Assembly (NCBI GenBank): GCA_903908065.1
Contig: CAIVQO010000081.1
Location: 18,954 to 82,953, forward strand
Length of the DNA stretch: 64,000 nucleotides
Origin: an uncultured beta proteobacterium
GTDB taxonomy: Bacteria > Pseudomonadota > Gammaproteobacteria > Burkholderiales > Rhodocyclaceae
Reading direction: 5' to 3'
Below the pieces are notes generated by a model. That model worked only from the letters and a program-made list of their open reading frames with translations, did not search any database and was not told the origin of the DNA. Both the position numbers and the translations under genes were made by a program. This document shows, in pieces, positions 1 to 8,551 of the stretch; the first letter of the stretch is position 1, and every line of letters starts with the position of its first letter.

Positions 1-602
1 CCGGTGGCGCGCATGGCGTAGCGGATACCGGCGATCAGGTCAGCCGCATGCTCGACCATCACGCGGTGGTCGCAGGTGAGATAGGGCTCGCATTCGCAAC
101 CGTTCACCACCAGCGTATGCACCTTGGCCTGCTTGGGCACGGAAAGCTTGGCATGGGTCGGAAAGGCAGCGCCACCGAGGCCGACCATGCCGGTATCCCA
201 GATCGCCTGCAGGATGTCCTGGCCGCTGGCCTGCGACAGATCGCGCGGCCGCCCCCAGAGATCTTCCTGCGTCGCCCCCGGATGGGCACGTATGACGATC
301 GATTCGATCCAGGTGCCGCGCATGCCGGGACGCAAACCGATGAACTCGACCACGCCCGACAGCGGGGCATGGTGCGGCACGGACAGCCATTCGTCGCTGC
401 GGGCGATGGGTTGGCCACGCACCACCTCCTGACCGACGCGCACGATGGGTCTCGGCGTCTTGCCGATGTGTTGCGACAGGGGCACTGTCACGCGGTCAGG
501 AAACGGCAGGCGGCGGATCTTGCGATCGGCCGTCAGCTTGCAGCTTGGCGGATGCACGCCGCGCTGGAAAGCTTCGCCACGAAAGTAGGAAACGAGCTTC
601 AT
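1..602 (-). CDS. rnfC: RnfC-like electron-transport subunit, N-terminal part (gene runs off the left edge)
   Basis: Absent from the ORF track because there is no stop in the window. My minus-strand translation from ATG 602-600 gives MKLVSYFRGEAFQRGVHPPSCKLTADRKIRRLPFP...IWDTGMVGLGGAAFPTHAKL...LVVNGCECEPYLTCDHRVM. This shows the RnfC N-terminal GxHPP start, the GLGGAxFPT motif and the NGxECEPYLT motif. Third codon positions look GC-rich by eye. It starts 5 nt after the stop of the upstream CDS. Confidence 0.8.
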   Translation of the reverse strand, partial: MKLVSYFRGEAFQRGVHPPSCKLTADRKIRRLPFPDRVTVPLSQHIGKTPRPIVRVGQEVVRGQPIARSDEWLSVPHHAPLSGVVEFIGLRPGMRGTWIESIVIRAHPGATQEDLWGRPRDLSQASGQDILQAIWDTGMVGLGGAAFPTHAKLSVPKQAKVHTLVVNGCECEPYLTCDHRVMVEHAADLIAGIRYAMRAT

Positions 603-607
603 CGCGA

Positions 608-3600
608 TCAGTTAAATTTGGCCGCCCTCGCTATCAGCTTTTCGACGCCCGGTTCGTTCATGTTCCAGGGCGAGCCGGGATGGATGCAGCCGGCCGTGCA
701 TTTCTCGGCGGCCTTGACGATGTCGGCGAATTTGGAGCCCTTCGGATTCACCACCACGGCCAGCTTCTGCTCGTTGTAGGCGAAGGTCTTGGGCGCCAGC
801 GTGGTGCACTCGTCGCAGGCCGTGCACTCGGGCGATTCGACCCAGACCGGCTCGTAGTCGCCGCCGCCGGCAGCAGGAATCGCCGTATCGCCAGCGCCGA
901 CTTTAGCTTCGGCCACGGCCGACTGCGCTACCGCGCCGCCCTGCCCCAACGCCGCGCTGATCTTCGCCAGCATTTCCTCCCGGACCCGGCTCTCGACCTG
1001 CTCGACATCGGCGGCATCCGCACCAGCACGCACCAGGCCGCGCAACTGACGCCAGAAGCTCAGGCGCTCTTCGGCCGACTTGATCAGTTCCTTGGTCACC
1101 AGCAGGCGCATCAGACGCTGCTTCTTGTCAACCGCCCAGATGTAGGGGAACTTGCCTTCGCGCTCGTCCTGGTCGAGTTCAAGGAACTCGGCCACCGGCA
1201 GCATGTTCTCGTTCCAGGTTTCGGGCGGCGCCTTGCGGAAATGCTTGAGGAAGCGTGCTTCGGTCGCCGCGAAATCAGCGAAGGTCATCGGCAGTTCCAT
1301 GGTCTGCGGCGCGCCGGCCTCGTCGATGTACTTGAGGGTATACATCGGCCAGTCGGTATCGGGCGAGGGATTGCCATCCAGGCTGACGCACTCGGCAAAG
1401 GTCGTGCCGGCATCCGGGTCAAAACGGAACAGCGGGTAGGCGCGGCCTTCCACGGCCAGCTTGCTCTGGTCCACGCTGCGGTCGTCGCCCACGCCATGCT
1501 CGGGCGGGCAGACTGCATAGATGTTGAACAGTGCCGGGCGGCGGCTGTTGATGCCGTCGATGTAGCTCTCGATCAGGTGATTGACGTGGGCGATGGTGCC
1601 CGACATCACGTAGGAGGTGCGGTGCGCCATGCCGATCAGGCTGATCTCCTTGCGCACTTCCTGCTTGCCGCGCTGGGCCTCGCCCCAGGGCGCCATGTCC
1701 GACACCTGGCTGATGAAGCCCGAGGTGCAGGCCTGGCCGCCGGTATTCGAATACACCTGGGTATCGACCACCAGGATCTTGATCGGCATGCCAGACATCA
1801 GGGCGCGCGACAGGTTCTGGAAGCCGATGTCATACATTGCGCCGTCGCCGCCCATCGACACCACCGGCGGGCAAAGCTGCCATTCGTCGGCAGAGAACTG
1901 CTGCCAGTGGAAGCGGCGGAAGAAGTCGTCGTCGCGGTCCGGCAGGTAGTCGCCGGCGAGTTCCTTCTCCGCCATGCGCACGGCCCTGAAGCCGTCCGCC
2001 ATCTTCGCCATGTGGCCTTCAAAGATGCCCATCGCCACCGAGGGCGAATCCTGGAACAGGTGCGAGGTCCAGGGGAAGGGATAGGGGTGGAACGGATAGG
2101 TCGAGCCCCAGACCGAGGTGCAGCCGGTGGAATTGACGATGCCCATCTCGGCACGGCCGCGTTTGCTCGGGCCCTCGACGTAACGCCACTTGAGGTCCTT
2201 CAGCTTCTCCAGCAACTGGGCGGTGTTCTTAACCCAGGCCGGGTCGAGCAGTTGCGAGGGCTTGTCGGCGTTGAGCTTGGTCGCCAGGTTGGACAGGGTC
2301 AGGTCGTGCTTGCCGGTGGAATCCACCGCGCGCACCACCGCGCTGGTGTCGGTGAGGTCCACCGCCGAGGCCAGCTTGACGCGCATGTGCTGTTCCAGGC
2401 GCTGGATCAGGTCGTCGATTTTTTCGACGAATGCGGCGACACGCGGCTGCATCAGCGCGGTGACGGTAGAGGTGAACAAGTGGATTGCGGTCTTTTCGCC
2501 ACAGCCCAGGCAGGCGCCGTCGCCGCAGTTCATCGAGCCGTAGTTGCGCTTGTCCAGCAGCAGGGTTTCCAAGGCACCAATCTTCTCGTCCAGGCTGTCG
2601 ATCCGGCTGTAGTCCTTGGGCGTGGTGGGCAGTTCCAGCCAGGTGGCCCAGTCGCGGCGCAGGCGCTCGACGGAGTCCTCGGTCTGCGTCACCATCTTCA
2701 GCGCGTTGTCCTCGCAGACCGTGACGCACAGGGCGCAGCCCTTGCAGGTGTAGGGATTGACGGTGATCGAGAACAGGCCGCCGCTGCCCTTCTGCTTTTT
2801 CTCGCGATTCGACCAGTAGGGCTTGGTCGCCGCAAACTGGAAGCCGCCGAGATGGATCTGCAATTGCGTGAATTCGGCGGCCAGCCCGGAGCGTTCGGCT
2901 TCGGGCGTGTCGGCCAGCACCTCATCCATGGCGCGATCGATCAGCGGCCGCACGAAGCCCCCTTCGTTGTCGACCAGGGCGCGTAGCTTTTTCTCGATGG
3001 CACGCGATGCCCGACGCAGGTAGCGCGTCGGCGTGCCGCCCGTCTCGATGCGGTTGATCGCGGTGTTGAGCACATCACCGACGGAACTGACCAGACCGGG
3101 GATCGCAGAATCCGGACATTCGACATAGCAATTGCCACAGGCCGTGCAGTTTTCGGCGATCCACTCCGGATGCTCGAAGCGGATGCCGGTCATGTCGCGG
3201 AACACGCCGGTAGCCGCCGGCACCAGCGACGCGCCGATGAAGGGATCGACCAGGTTGTCGTTGCCCTTGCCGGTCAGGTAGAAGTTGCCGGTCTGCTCCC
3301 AGAAGCGGTGGATGTCGCCCACCTTGCCCTGCTGCGCGCCGCCCGGCGCCGGCAGTTGGCGCAACATCACGGGCAGGCCGACGTCTTTTTTCACCGACTG
3401 CTTGCGCGTGACGCCGACTTCCTTTTCGGTGATCTCGGTCAGTTCGGTAAAGCCGCGCCGTACCACGCGCAGGTTGTCCTGCACCACGCGGGCGCCCTTG
3501 CCACCGAACTTGGACTGCAATTGGGCCTCGATCGCCGTGAACAGCGCATCCTCGGTGAGGCCGGCGTTCTGCATGGTCGGGCTGGCGGCGAAGAAAGCTC

Positions 3601-5572
3601 CCTGGAAGGCGATGCCCTGCATACGCAACTGCAGTTCGGCGGCACCGGCTTCCTCGCGCGCGATCTGGAAGGCATCGAGGTAGAAAACGCGGATTTCGTT
3701 GTCGACGATGAACTTCTGCGCCCAGAGCGGGAAGCTGGCCCAGGTCTCGGCGCCAAGGTTAGACTGGATGATGAAGAAGCCGCCCTTCTTCAGGCCGGAC
3801 AGCGGATTGCTGTGGCCGAACACCGCCGGGTCGGGCGAGAGCACGACATCGACATAGACGTATTCGCAGTTGATGCGGATCGGCTCGGGCGCGGCCGACA
3901 GGTAGTAGGTGGTCGGCTGCCCCTTCTTTTCCGAGCCGTATTTCGGGTTGGCCTTGATGTCCCAGCCGAGCAGCTCGAACAGGGTCATCGCCAGGTTCTT
4001 GCCGGTGGTGATCGCGCCCCAGCCGCCCACCGAGTGCATGCGCACGGTGATCGCGCCCTTGGGCAGGAGATTCGGGTTTTCCGAACCGCGCACTCCGAGC
4101 GCGCGGATATGCGGGTACTTGTCGGCAAGGTCCTGCTGATGTACCTCGTCCTTGGGATTCAGCGGATTACGCGCGAAGTCGATCGACAGGTAGAAAAACT
4201 TGCGTTGGCTGCCTTCGGGCAGCATGTTCTCCACCGCACCGATGAGCGCCTCCGGTTGCAGGTCGCGGCTGCCCAGGCCATAGCATCCCGAATAGAGGCG
4301 CGGCATGTCGGTCGCGGCATAGGTGGCGTAACCGGCATAGGGCGCATCCTTTTGCCCCTGCGCCACCGCCATGCCGTTCTCGACGCATTTCATCAGGGTA
4401 GCGCGCACTTCGCGCATCAGCGGCAGGTCCTCGGCCAGCGGCTGGTCGGTGCGCTCCAGCACCACGACTCCCTTCTTGCCGCGCAGCGCACGGCCCAGCA
4501 GGTCACCCGGGAAGGGACGGAACATGGTCAGATTCACCACGCCGACCTTGAGCTTGCGCGTCTCGCGCAGGTAGTCAGCCACCGCTTCGGCCTGCACGAT
4601 CATGCTGCCCATGCCGAGGATGATGTAATCGGCATCCTCGGTCTTGAAGCCCGACACGCGCTGGTAGCCACGCCCGGTCAGCCCTGCGTACTCTTCCATG
4701 CAGGCATCGGCAAGCGGCTCGACGTGATCGAAGAAGTAGGGACGCTGGCCCGCCGTGGCCTGCATGTAGGCATCCTGGTTCTGTACCGATCCGGACAACA
4801 GCGGCAGGTCCACGTCCCAGATGGCCGGCACCCGGCGACGCTTGGGGCCGTAGAGCATCTGCTGCGCCGGGGTCGGCGAATCGATCATGTCGTCGGGGCG
4901 GCCCAGGTACTCGGCCACCAGTTCGCGTTCCGGCAGCACGCAGGATTCGATCAGGTGGCTGGTGAGGAAGCCGTCCTGACCGACGATGGCCGGCGTCAGC
5001 GACAGCTCGGCAATCTTGCGCCCGATCAGGTTGAGGTCGGCCGCCTCGGTGGCGTTCTTCGCCATCATCTGGATGAAGCCGGTGTCATCGACGCAGTGGT
5101 AATCGTCGTGGCCGGCATGAACGTTCAGCGAGGCCTTGGTGATGGCTCGACAGCCCATGTTGAGCACGTAGGGCAAGCGTTTTCCGACCGCCGCGTAGAG
5201 CGACTCGTGCATGAAGGCGACGCCCTGCGCCGAAGAGAAGTTGCTGGCGCGCAGGCCGGTCATCGCCATGCCGGCGGTGACGCCGGCCGCTGCATGCTCG
5301 GATTCGGGCTCGATGAAGATCAGCGGCTTGTCGGAGATGTTGAGGTGGCCCTTGGCCACTTCCTCCGCCCAGTATTCGCCCATCTGGGTCGAGGGCGTGA
5401 TCGGATAGGCGCCGGCGGCGTCGGACGACTCCCGCTCGACATGAATCACGGCCGTATTGCCATCGACCGCATCGCGCGTACCCGGATACTTCACTTTGCG
5501 CGTTTCCACCCCGGCGCCGGTTTGCGGCAGCAGGCCGTTGGAAAACATCTTCTTGATGATCGAGAATGTCAT
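608..5572 (-). CDS. Very long PFOR-family 2-oxoacid:ferredoxin oxidoreductase with fused C-terminal ferredoxin-like domain (1654 aa)
   Basis: ORF 608..5701. Start moved to ATG 5572 (MTFSIIKKMF) because the upstream codons overlap the preceding CDS. PFOR hallmarks occur in order: GAYPITPSTQMGEYWAE; HSVGGWGAITTGKNLA; two Fe-S motifs CTACGNCYVECP and CKGCALCVTVCE; and a TPP site GGDGAMYDIGFQNL...VYSNTGGQ. An extra tail then ends in CTACDEC...CTAGCIHP. Confidence 0.9.
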   Translation of the reverse strand: MTFSIIKKMFSNGLLPQTGAGVETRKVKYPGTRDAVDGNTAVIHVERESSDAAGAYPITPSTQMGEYWAEEVAKGHLNISDKPLIFIEPESEHAAAGVTAGMAMTGLRASNFSSAQGVAFMHESLYAAVGKRLPYVLNMGCRAITKASLNVHAGHDDYHCVDDTGFIQMMAKNATEAADLNLIGRKIAELSLTPAIVGQDGFLTSHLIESCVLPERELVAEYLGRPDDMIDSPTPAQQMLYGPKRRRVPAIWDVDLPLLSGSVQNQDAYMQATAGQRPYFFDHVEPLADACMEEYAGLTGRGYQRVSGFKTEDADYIILGMGSMIVQAEAVADYLRETRKLKVGVVNLTMFRPFPGDLLGRALRGKKGVVVLERTDQPLAEDLPLMREVRATLMKCVENGMAVAQGQKDAPYAGYATYAATDMPRLYSGCYGLGSRDLQPEALIGAVENMLPEGSQRKFFYLSIDFARNPLNPKDEVHQQDLADKYPHIRALGVRGSENPNLLPKGAITVRMHSVGGWGAITTGKNLAMTLFELLGWDIKANPKYGSEKKGQPTTYYLSAAPEPIRINCEYVYVDVVLSPDPAVFGHSNPLSGLKKGGFFIIQSNLGAETWASFPLWAQKFIVDNEIRVFYLDAFQIAREEAGAAELQLRMQGIAFQGAFFAASPTMQNAGLTEDALFTAIEAQLQSKFGGKGARVVQDNLRVVRRGFTELTEITEKEVGVTRKQSVKKDVGLPVMLRQLPAPGGAQQGKVGDIHRFWEQTGNFYLTGKGNDNLVDPFIGASLVPAATGVFRDMTGIRFEHPEWIAENCTACGNCYVECPDSAIPGLVSSVGDVLNTAINRIETGGTPTRYLRRASRAIEKKLRALVDNEGGFVRPLIDRAMDEVLADTPEAERSGLAAEFTQLQIHLGGFQFAATKPYWSNREKKQKGSGGLFSITVNPYTCKGCALCVTVCEDNALKMVTQTEDSVERLRRDWATWLELPTTPKDYSRIDSLDEKIGALETLLLDKRNYGSMNCGDGACLGCGEKTAIHLFTSTVTALMQPRVAAFVEKIDDLIQRLEQHMRVKLASAVDLTDTSAVVRAVDSTGKHDLTLSNLATKLNADKPSQLLDPAWVKNTAQLLEKLKDLKWRYVEGPSKRGRAEMGIVNSTGCTSVWGSTYPFHPYPFPWTSHLFQDSPSVAMGIFEGHMAKMADGFRAVRMAEKELAGDYLPDRDDDFFRRFHWQQFSADEWQLCPPVVSMGGDGAMYDIGFQNLSRALMSGMPIKILVVDTQVYSNTGGQACTSGFISQVSDMAPWGEAQRGKQEVRKEISLIGMAHRTSYVMSGTIAHVNHLIESYIDGINSRRPALFNIYAVCPPEHGVGDDRSVDQSKLAVEGRAYPLFRFDPDAGTTFAECVSLDGNPSPDTDWPMYTLKYIDEAGAPQTMELPMTFADFAATEARFLKHFRKAPPETWNENMLPVAEFLELDQDEREGKFPYIWAVDKKQRLMRLLVTKELIKSAEERLSFWRQLRGLVRAGADAADVEQVESRVREEMLAKISAALGQGGAVAQSAVAEAKVGAGDTAIPAAGGGDYEPVWVESPECTACDECTTLAPKTFAYNEQKLAVVVNPKGSKFADIVKAAEKCTAGCIHPGSPWNMNEPGVEKLIARAAKFN

Positions 5573-5595
5573 GGCAGCTTCCTTGGATTTCGTAT

Positions 5596-6474
5596 TCAGG
5601 TGTGCAAGGGCAACGGTTCGTTGCGCAGGATCTTCTTCGCCGCCGCACCTTTCACGCTGCGGTCGGGGGACTCGAACCAGACAATGGCGCCGGTCGGACA
5701 ACGTTCAATGGGCTCGCGGGTGGCCTGGTCGTTCCAGTCGTAATTGACCACGGCGAGGTTGTTGGCCAGTTGCATCAGCTTCAGCGGCGCATCGGCCACG
5801 CACTTGCCGCAGGCGGTGCAGGCCACCTCGCAGGAAGCCTCGGCGGTGTCGCCATCCGCCTGGTTCTTGCAGGCCACCCAAAGGCGATGATTGACCGATT
5901 CGAGGCTGAACAGGCCCTTGGGGCAGACCTCGACGCAATCATTGCAGGCAGTGCATTTTTCGCTGTCCACCACCGGCAGGCCGTGCATGTCCATGTGGAT
6001 CGCATCGAAGCTGCAGACTGTGGCGCAGTCGGCAAGTCCCAGGCAGCCCCACGCGCATTCCTTGCCGCCGCCGGAGACCACGGCGGCCGCGCGGCAGGTC
6101 TTGAGCCCTTCGTAGCGCGCGCGCAAAAACGCAACGTGGCGGCCTCCGCCGCAGGCCAAACGTGCGACCTGTTTTTCGACGGTGCCGGCGGCTACGCCCA
6201 GCAGGTCGGCAATGCCTTGGCGCTGCTGCGGCGAACTGACCGTACATTTCGCCGGCACCACGTCGCCGCCAACCACCTTCTCGGCGAAATCGCGGCATCC
6301 GGCCTGGCCACAAGCGCCGCAATTTGACTTGGGCAGCAGGTCCTCGACCTGGCCAATGCGCGGGTCCTCGAAGACATAGAGTTTCTTGTTGGCGATGGCC
6401 AGCAGCAGCGCAAGCAGCACGCCCAGCGCTGCCATGAAGCCGCCTGCCACCGCAAGATTCGTCAAGGACTCCAA
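5596..6474 (-). CDS. rnfB: RnfB-like polyferredoxin (N-terminal membrane helix, CGACGxxGC motif, several 4Fe-4S motifs)
   Basis: ORF 5596..6762. Motifs: LPKSNCGACGQAGCRDFAEKV, ECAWGCLGLADCATVCSFDAI, CTACNDCVEVCP and CTACGKCV. I prefer the TTG start at 6474, which is preceded by GGGGGAGAGG and gives (M)ESLTNLAVAGGFMAALGVLLALLLAIANKK, a typical RnfB N-terminus. ATG 6537 is the alternative start. Confidence 0.8.
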   Translation of the reverse strand: MESLTNLAVAGGFMAALGVLLALLLAIANKKLYVFEDPRIGQVEDLLPKSNCGACGQAGCRDFAEKVVGGDVVPAKCTVSSPQQRQGIADLLGVAAGTVEKQVARLACGGGRHVAFLRARYEGLKTCRAAAVVSGGGKECAWGCLGLADCATVCSFDAIHMDMHGLPVVDSEKCTACNDCVEVCPKGLFSLESVNHRLWVACKNQADGDTAEASCEVACTACGKCVADAPLKLMQLANNLAVVNYDWNDQATREPIERCPTGAIVWFESPDRSVKGAAAKKILRNEPLPLHT

Positions 6475-6504
6475 ACCACCCTCTCCCCCCCAGCACGCGA
6501 ATTC

Positions 6505-6518
6505 GTTTAGATCTAAAC
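6505..6518. promoter_or_regulatory. Perfect 14-bp palindrome GTTTAGATCTAAAC in an AT-rich island just upstream of the rnfB-like start; candidate operator
   Basis: Read directly from gaattcGTTTAGATCTAAACaaaac. It lies about 30 nt upstream of the TTG start at 6474. The binding factor is unknown. Confidence 0.3.
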
Positions 6519-6822
6519 AAAACCGCAACATGAACATGGTCTTCACTACGGCCCGCTTGGCGGCGCATGCACAAACGCACGCGACCCATCGTGGTCGAGC
6601 GATCCGGGAAACGCCGGCTGCAGCCTTGAGGGCGGACACCGTCGTTTCGATCACGTCGCAGGCGGGGGTTGCTCCCGCCAGCAAGGAGGAACCGGCGCGT
6701 TGGCGCCAGTTCGGGCGTGCGCTCAGGCCATGGTTTCGACGCGAGCGCGTGTGACCGGTCAACTATAAGACCGGCGACCCTTCACACTTGATGGATATTT
6801 TTGATTTCCGTATTCGCCGAGT

Positions 6823-7677
6823 TCATTTGCCGGCCGCGCCCGGGACATGCACCCGCACCCAGTCCAACAATTCAGTCACCACGGCCTCGCGGTCCAGGTC
6901 GTTGAATGTTTCGTGGCGGCTGCCCGGCCACAGGCGGAGGGTCTTGTCGGCCCCGCGCCAGGCCTCGAAAATTTCGCGGCTGCCCGCCGGATCGGTCAGG
7001 CGGTCGCCATCGCCGTGGAACAGATACACGGGCAATTCCAGTCCTGCCGCCGCCACGCGATTGGATTCCATCGCCGCCAGCAGTTCCGCCCCGGTCCGCG
7101 CCGGCGGCGCCTTTAGGCTGACCAGCGGATCATTGACGTAGGCCGCAACCTGCGCCGGATCGCGACTGATCAAGGCCGGATCGAGCTTGGTGCCGCGCAA
7201 ATGCGGCTGCCAGCGCGAGAGCAACGGCGCCAGCGCAATCAAAAGTCGCGGCCCATCGCCGCCAATCTTCAAGGCCGCCGAGGAAAGGATCAGACCGGCC
7301 ATCGGCAGCCGACGCTGCGCCGCCCAGCGCAAGGCGATCGCACCGCCCATGCTGTGCCCCAGGAGGAACAGCGGCCTGCCCGCCGCAAGTTCCCTTGCCC
7401 GCATCCACAGCGTATCGACATCCAGCAGGTAGTCATCGAAGCGTTCGACGTAGGAGCGCTCGCCGGGCGATCGGCCGTGTCCGCGAAGATCCAGCGTGAC
7501 CACGCCGATACCCTGGGCGCAGGCTCGCTCGGCCAGCCAGGCATAGCGTCCGCCGTGTTCGGCAATGCCATGCACCACGACCATGACCGCGCTTGGCTCG
7601 ACCGGCATCCAGGACCGCGACGCCAGATCCAGCCCATCCGCTGTCGCCAGCGCGCAGCTCGTCATTTCGGACGTCAT
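6823..7677 (-). CDS. Alpha/beta hydrolase, lysophospholipase/monoacylglycerol-lipase-like
   Basis: ORF 6823..8094 trimmed to ATG 7677 (MTSEMTSCALATADG). Motifs HGIAEHGGRY and the nucleophile elbow GHSMGG. The start overlaps the upstream stop (ATGA). Confidence 0.85.
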   Translation of the reverse strand: MTSEMTSCALATADGLDLASRSWMPVEPSAVMVVVHGIAEHGGRYAWLAERACAQGIGVVTLDLRGHGRSPGERSYVERFDDYLLDVDTLWMRARELAAGRPLFLLGHSMGGAIALRWAAQRRLPMAGLILSSAALKIGGDGPRLLIALAPLLSRWQPHLRGTKLDPALISRDPAQVAAYVNDPLVSLKAPPARTGAELLAAMESNRVAAAGLELPVYLFHGDGDRLTDPAGSREIFEAWRGADKTLRLWPGSRHETFNDLDREAVVTELLDWVRVHVPGAAGK

Positions 7678-8156
7678 TTGCGCATCGCCCCTTTCGCCAC
7701 TTCGTAACAGGCATCGATGTGTGCATTGCCCAGGTAGATCATCGCCGTCACGCTCAAGGCTGCGGCGGCAGCCTGCCCGGCAAAGGGAACATACTTGAGC
7801 ACCTGTTTCGTCGCCAGTCGTGCAGCCACTTTCTTCATCGCCGCCAGCGCGAGCTTCTTGGTGATGGCGCGCCCGACCAGGTCGGCGCCCACCTTTTTCA
7901 ATGCGGCGTACACCAGAACCCGGTGATGCGTGTCGAGCGCGTCGATCTGCTCCGGGGTCAAGCCGAACTTGCGATTGATCGCCGGGATCAATTCCATCAG
8001 GATGGCCACGTCGCCGGCAAAATCGACCCCGGGCAAGGGTACCAGGGCAAGGCCGCCCGAGGTCGCGGCGCGGCGTCGGACCAGACCGTGACAAGCCTTG
8101 CGCACGCGATCGAGTTCCTCAACCGTGGCCGGCAGCAACTCGGGCGTGCGGCTCAC
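7674..8156 (-). CDS. Hypothetical protein resembling the DUF697/EcsC-type domain
   Basis: ORF 7674..8204. LVPLPGVDFAGDVAILMELIPAINRKFG resembles the DUF697 core. GTG 8156 overlaps the upstream TGA as GTGA and is my preferred start; ATG 8204 is the alternative. Confidence 0.65.
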   Translation of the reverse strand: MSRTPELLPATVEELDRVRKACHGLVRRRAATSGGLALVPLPGVDFAGDVAILMELIPAINRKFGLTPEQIDALDTHHRVLVYAALKKVGADLVGRAITKKLALAAMKKVAARLATKQVLKYVPFAGQAAAAALSVTAMIYLGNAHIDACYEVAKGAMRK

Positions 8157-8551
8157 GGCCTGCGTTTGGCATAGCGCGGATGGCCATCGCCGATCTCCCA
8201 CCACGGCGCCTTCGAATCGGTGAAGATGTGGAAGATGTCGGTGCAGATAAAAGGCGTATCCACAGTACCCAGGCGCAGCCGCAACACATTGGGGACGTCG
8301 TCCTTGGCACTGTAGATCGGGCTACCGCAGGTTTTGCAGAAGGCGCGCACCTTGTCCGGCGAGGAGCGGTATTCGTGGATCAGTTCGGCACCCGAGAGAA
8401 AGTGGAAACGGTCTTTCGCCACCGGTGCCACCGCAGCAAAGGCCGAGCCTTGTGCCTTGCGGCATTGCGAACAATGGCAGACCGAGATGTGTTCTATCGC
8501 GCCATCGTAGCGATAGCGGATCCCGCCACACAGGCAACCGCCTTCGATCAT
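8153..8551 (-). CDS. GFA-family (glutathione-dependent formaldehyde-activating / CENP-V-like) Zn-Cys protein
   Basis: ORF 8153..8683 trimmed to ATG 8551 (MIEGGCLCGGIRYRY). Motifs CLCGG, CHCSQCRK and CKTCGS. The start overlaps the upstream stop (ATGA). Confidence 0.85.
   Translation of the reverse strand: MIEGGCLCGGIRYRYDGAIEHISVCHCSQCRKAQGSAFAAVAPVAKDRFHFLSGAELIHEYRSSPDKVRAFCKTCGSPIYSAKDDVPNVLRLRLGTVDTPFICTDIFHIFTDSKAPWWEIGDGHPRYAKRRP

Noticed and set aside
545-5743. Long plus-strand ORFs 545..2986 (813 aa) and 3170..5743 (857 aa)
   Set aside because: They are antisense to the PFOR-family gene. Their products are Arg/Ala/Gly/His-rich with no motifs. They are classic high-GC shadow frames, whereas the minus-strand frame carries unambiguous PFOR motifs.
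6503-6520. Possible NifA upstream activator sequence (TGT-N10-ACA) at the rnfB-like promoter
   Set aside because: The sequence is cGT-N10-ACA, with only one half-site intact. It lies about 30 nt from the start codon, too close for an enhancer. I found no convincing sigma54 -24/-12 element (the TGGCGC-N-CGCC candidate has the wrong spacing).
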